Positions 62,001 to 64,000 of a DNA stretch of 64,000 nucleotides are shown here, piece after piece. Position numbers and translations under genes: made by a program. The stretch is from Phoronis australis. Its lineage: Eukaryota; Animalia; Phoronida. How positions within the stretch are numbered: the first letter of the stretch is position 1; every line of letters starts with the position of its first letter. The DNA is taken from assembly GCA_002633005.1 (NCBI GenBank), contig NMRA01000070.1, forward strand, positions 357,872-421,871. The letters are read 5' to 3'. Below the pieces are notes generated by a model. It was not told the origin of the DNA. It ran no database searches and saw only the letters and a program-made list of their open reading frames with translations.

Positions 62001-63316
62001 TCGTAGACGCATAAAGAAATAGTCAGAAATTAACGCTATAAATTTTGTTGAGGAAATACTTGTCATTTTTTGTTGAGGAAATACTTGTCATTTTTTGTTG
62101 ATAAGCCGGTAGGATAACTTATGATTGTAGTCTGTAATTTATTGTGACACTGGACAGAGCATCATAATGTTTGTGATCACCAGAATGTCAATCTGAAATA
62201 AAGTACATGTATGTTTGAAAAGGCGAATCTACAGTAGCAGTTAGTGAACTCCACATAGTAAAATTAGGGACACTACAGTAACAGTTAGTGAACAAAATTA
62301 GGGACACTACAGTAACAGTTAGTNAGTGAACTCCACATAGTAAAATTAGGAACACTACAGTAACAGTTAGTGAACTCCACATAGTAAAACTAGGAACACT
62401 ACAGTAGCAGTTAGTGAACTCCACATAGTAAAACTAGGAACACTACAGTCAAAGCTGTAAAATGGTCACCAGACGAGTTCAGAAGTTTGTTTAGATGGCA
62501 CTGTGTATGGTTTTGATTAGTAAATTGAATAATGTTTACTCTTATTGCAGATGTATTTGAACCATTCCTTAGAGCATATGTGGCCAAGTATAAGTTTAAA
62601 GCTCTGGATACTGACGAGTGGAAAGATTTTCTCTATTCGCACTTCAATGACAAGGTGAGCGATTGATTTAAAATTATCTCTCTCCCTCCCTCTCTCTCTC
62701 TCCCTAACTCTCTCCCTCCCTCTTCCTCTCCCTCAAGCACATTATACGGGGGCGCTCACAAATATGTCTCTTCCGTGCTAATTCACTACCTGCTCTCCAC
62801 CAACACAGTCAGTTTATTGGTTTTATTAGATTCTCCGATCCACGTTTGTTTGGTCATCCCATCGGCATTATGTCGTGTTTTATACCCTGTCACCTCTGTT
62901 CTATGAAACCACTGAAGTTAGGGCTGCATTTTATAAATGCCGCAAGAAATCTTCAGAAGCTGTGAATTTTCTTCTGTAATTCAACATTTCAGCCTTTGTG
63001 AACAATCCTTTCAGTAGCTGACTAGTCAATTTAAGTAATAGTTATGTTTCTGCTTAGTAAATATAAAAAATATTTCTTCACTGCTTCACTGCCTCTTCAC
63101 TTTTGTTTTGTATCAAAGTATTGGTGATAATATCATAGTAGTCTAAAAGTGACCTGTGTGTTTAAATATGACATGGAATGGGTATTACTTTAAAACAGTG
63201 CTGTTATAAACCAACTGGTCACCTGACAACTTAATCTGATTCCAGACAGACGTATTAGACAAGGTGGACTGGCAGGGTTGGTTGTACACGCCGGGCATGC
63301 CACCTCTAAAGCCATG
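49850..63316 (+). CDS. LTA4H: Leukotriene A4 hydrolase / M1 zinc aminopeptidase, exons 1-11 (gene continues past the window)
   Basis: Eleven phase-consistent GT-AG exons encode [50 protein letters not shown]...WLNEG (HEXXH-x18-E), VPYEKG and WLYTPGMPP. Confidence 0.96.
50425..50561 (+). CDS. LTA4H: LTA4H exon 2
   Basis: TTTTCAG | VLDNRDLVI...[16 protein letters not shown] | GTATAA. Confidence 0.88.
51203..53790 (+). repeat. Tandem triplication around LTA4H exon 3 (extra exon copies 52383-52563 and partial 53254-53398); probable assembly artefact
   Basis: Copy 2 is offset by 1016 bp and is essentially identical, intron included. The junctions fall exactly on single N bases at 52218 and 53253. 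Confidence 0.9.
51367..51547 (+). CDS. LTA4H: LTA4H exon 3 (copy 1)
   Basis: CTGCAG | [19 protein letters not shown]...KVTYTAE | GTAAGG. Confidence 0.9.
54215..54372 (+). CDS. LTA4H: LTA4H exon 4
   Basis: TTTTCAG | [13 protein letters not shown]...[21 protein letters not shown] | GTAAGG. Confidence 0.93.
55495..55567 (+). CDS. LTA4H: LTA4H exon 5
   Basis: TTGTAG | [24 protein letters not shown] | GTGAGT. Confidence 0.93.
56116..57369 (-). mobile_element. Second HINE/DINE-1-like element, same family as 36904-38655, in LTA4H intron 5
   Basis: Same termini in reverse orientation (TTATGCGCCCACATA... and ...CCGCGTTGCTCTTGT), GTCC tract, about one tandem unit fewer. Confidence 0.8.
58002..58142 (+). 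CDS. LTA4H: LTA4H exon 6 (GXMEN motif)
   Basis: TTACAG | [47 protein letters not shown] | GTGAGT. Confidence 0.95.
58845..58939 (+). CDS. LTA4H: LTA4H exon 7 (HEXXH)
   Basis: TTACAG | [31 protein letters not shown] | GTACGT. Confidence 0.95.
59782..59893 (+). CDS. LTA4H: LTA4H exon 8
   Basis: TTTCAG | [20 protein letters not shown]...GGWKALVYA | GTAGGT. Confidence 0.92.
60350..60607. mobile_element. Decayed MITE in LTA4H intron 8
   Basis: Inverted ends TTCCAAGAAAACTTACTTA / TAAGTCAGTCTCTTGGAA. Confidence 0.5.
61052..61199 (+). CDS. LTA4H: LTA4H exon 9
   Basis: TTGTAG | VNVTLAK...[29 protein letters not shown] | GTAAAG. Confidence 0.95.
62230..62449 (+). repeat. 44-bp minisatellite, about 5 units (contains a single N)
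   Basis: Unit TACAGTA(G/A)CAGTTAGTGAACTCCACATAGTAAAA(T/C)TAGG(G/A)ACAC. Confidence 0.9.
62551..62654 (+). CDS. LTA4H: LTA4H exon 10
   Basis: TTGCAG | [34 protein letters not shown] | GTGAGC. Confidence 0.94.
63246..63316 (+). CDS. LTA4H: LTA4H exon 11
   Basis: TTCCAG | [23 protein letters not shown] | GTAACA. Confidence 0.92.
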
Positions 63317-64000
63317 GTAACAAGCTTTGTTTTATTAAGGAAAATATCACCTATTTAGAACCTAATATTATGAACACAAGCAATTTATTTTCTAATTTTT
63401 GTCATAAAAGATATGTTGCACCATAGTGATGTTTTATCATTTTCAAGGTCTGTAGTAAAGCTGAGTGACCCAAAAGGAACTTTGTACAACATTTTTAGTT
63501 CTAGTTCTTTCTGGTGCCTGTGATTGAAACTTTGTGGAAAGATTATCCATAGGAGTTATGTCTACAAAACATGAAAAAATAAATGAACTTATACGGGATT
63601 ATTTTTAAAAAGTTGTGGGTTTGGGTTGTTTTTAATCACCTATAGAATATTTTTTGAAAAGTGCATTCGCAACAATTTTAGAACCCCTTGAAAATGAAAA
63701 CTGGCAATTAAGCAGTAGTTTTTGTTCAGAATTGGTGGGATATTACTACATGATTTTCTGTTCATATTGATTGAAATACCATCACTGCTTAATAATCAGT
63801 GTTTTAATTAGACTGATTATAATTCTAATTATTCTCAAGGTGTCTACTCTATGCTCAAACTTAACACTGTGGCTGTTGCAAAAATAAATGTTTCATAGAG
63901 GACTGCACGCATAACTTAAACTATGCTGCATGAATCAAGGTCCAAACTGAACAAAAGCTGATGGCAAAGTGGCTCTGGTTTCGCCAATTTGCTTATAAGT

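Noticed and set aside
62230-62449. Regular repeats that could suggest a CRISPR array
   Set aside because: Head-to-tail minisatellite with no unique spacers, inside a eukaryotic intron, with no cas genes.
4525-63316. GPCR + TLR + CUB-like gene + LTA4H as a functional immune or eicosanoid cluster
   Set aside because: Only co-location: housekeeping COX8 is interspersed, and the GPCR shows no specific leukotriene-receptor features. Conserved synteny or co-expression would be needed.

Overview
AT-rich, intron-containing animal genomic DNA, probably from a marine invertebrate. It is a draft assembly with three N-gaps and several single-N joins. Host genes readable by hand: (1) an intronless rhodopsin-class GPCR broken by a frameshift (4525-5549,+); (2) an intact 907-aa Toll-like receptor (23139-25862,+); (3) a three-exon secreted CUB-like-domain gene (41358-36278,-; 3' end unresolved); (4) a two-exon 75-aa COX8-like gene that the ORF track does not assemble (43359-46290,+); (5) the first 11 exons of leukotriene A4 hydrolase/M1 aminopeptidase (49850 to beyond the window,+), whose exon 3 is triplicated, most likely by mis-assembly. 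The best-resolved mobile element is a 5'-truncated Penelope-like retrotransposon (RT + GIY-YIG). It has an inverted copy of its 3' end, a 10-11 bp target-site duplication and minimal hammerhead ribozyme motifs at both ends. Also present: two Helentron/HINE-like elements carrying ~430-bp tandem arrays, a decayed THAP (Kolobok-like) transposon, a 700-bp foldback and many MITEs. I see no clearly new biological system; the leads below are unusual instances of known classes. All coordinates were read by eye, and repeat boundaries are approximate.
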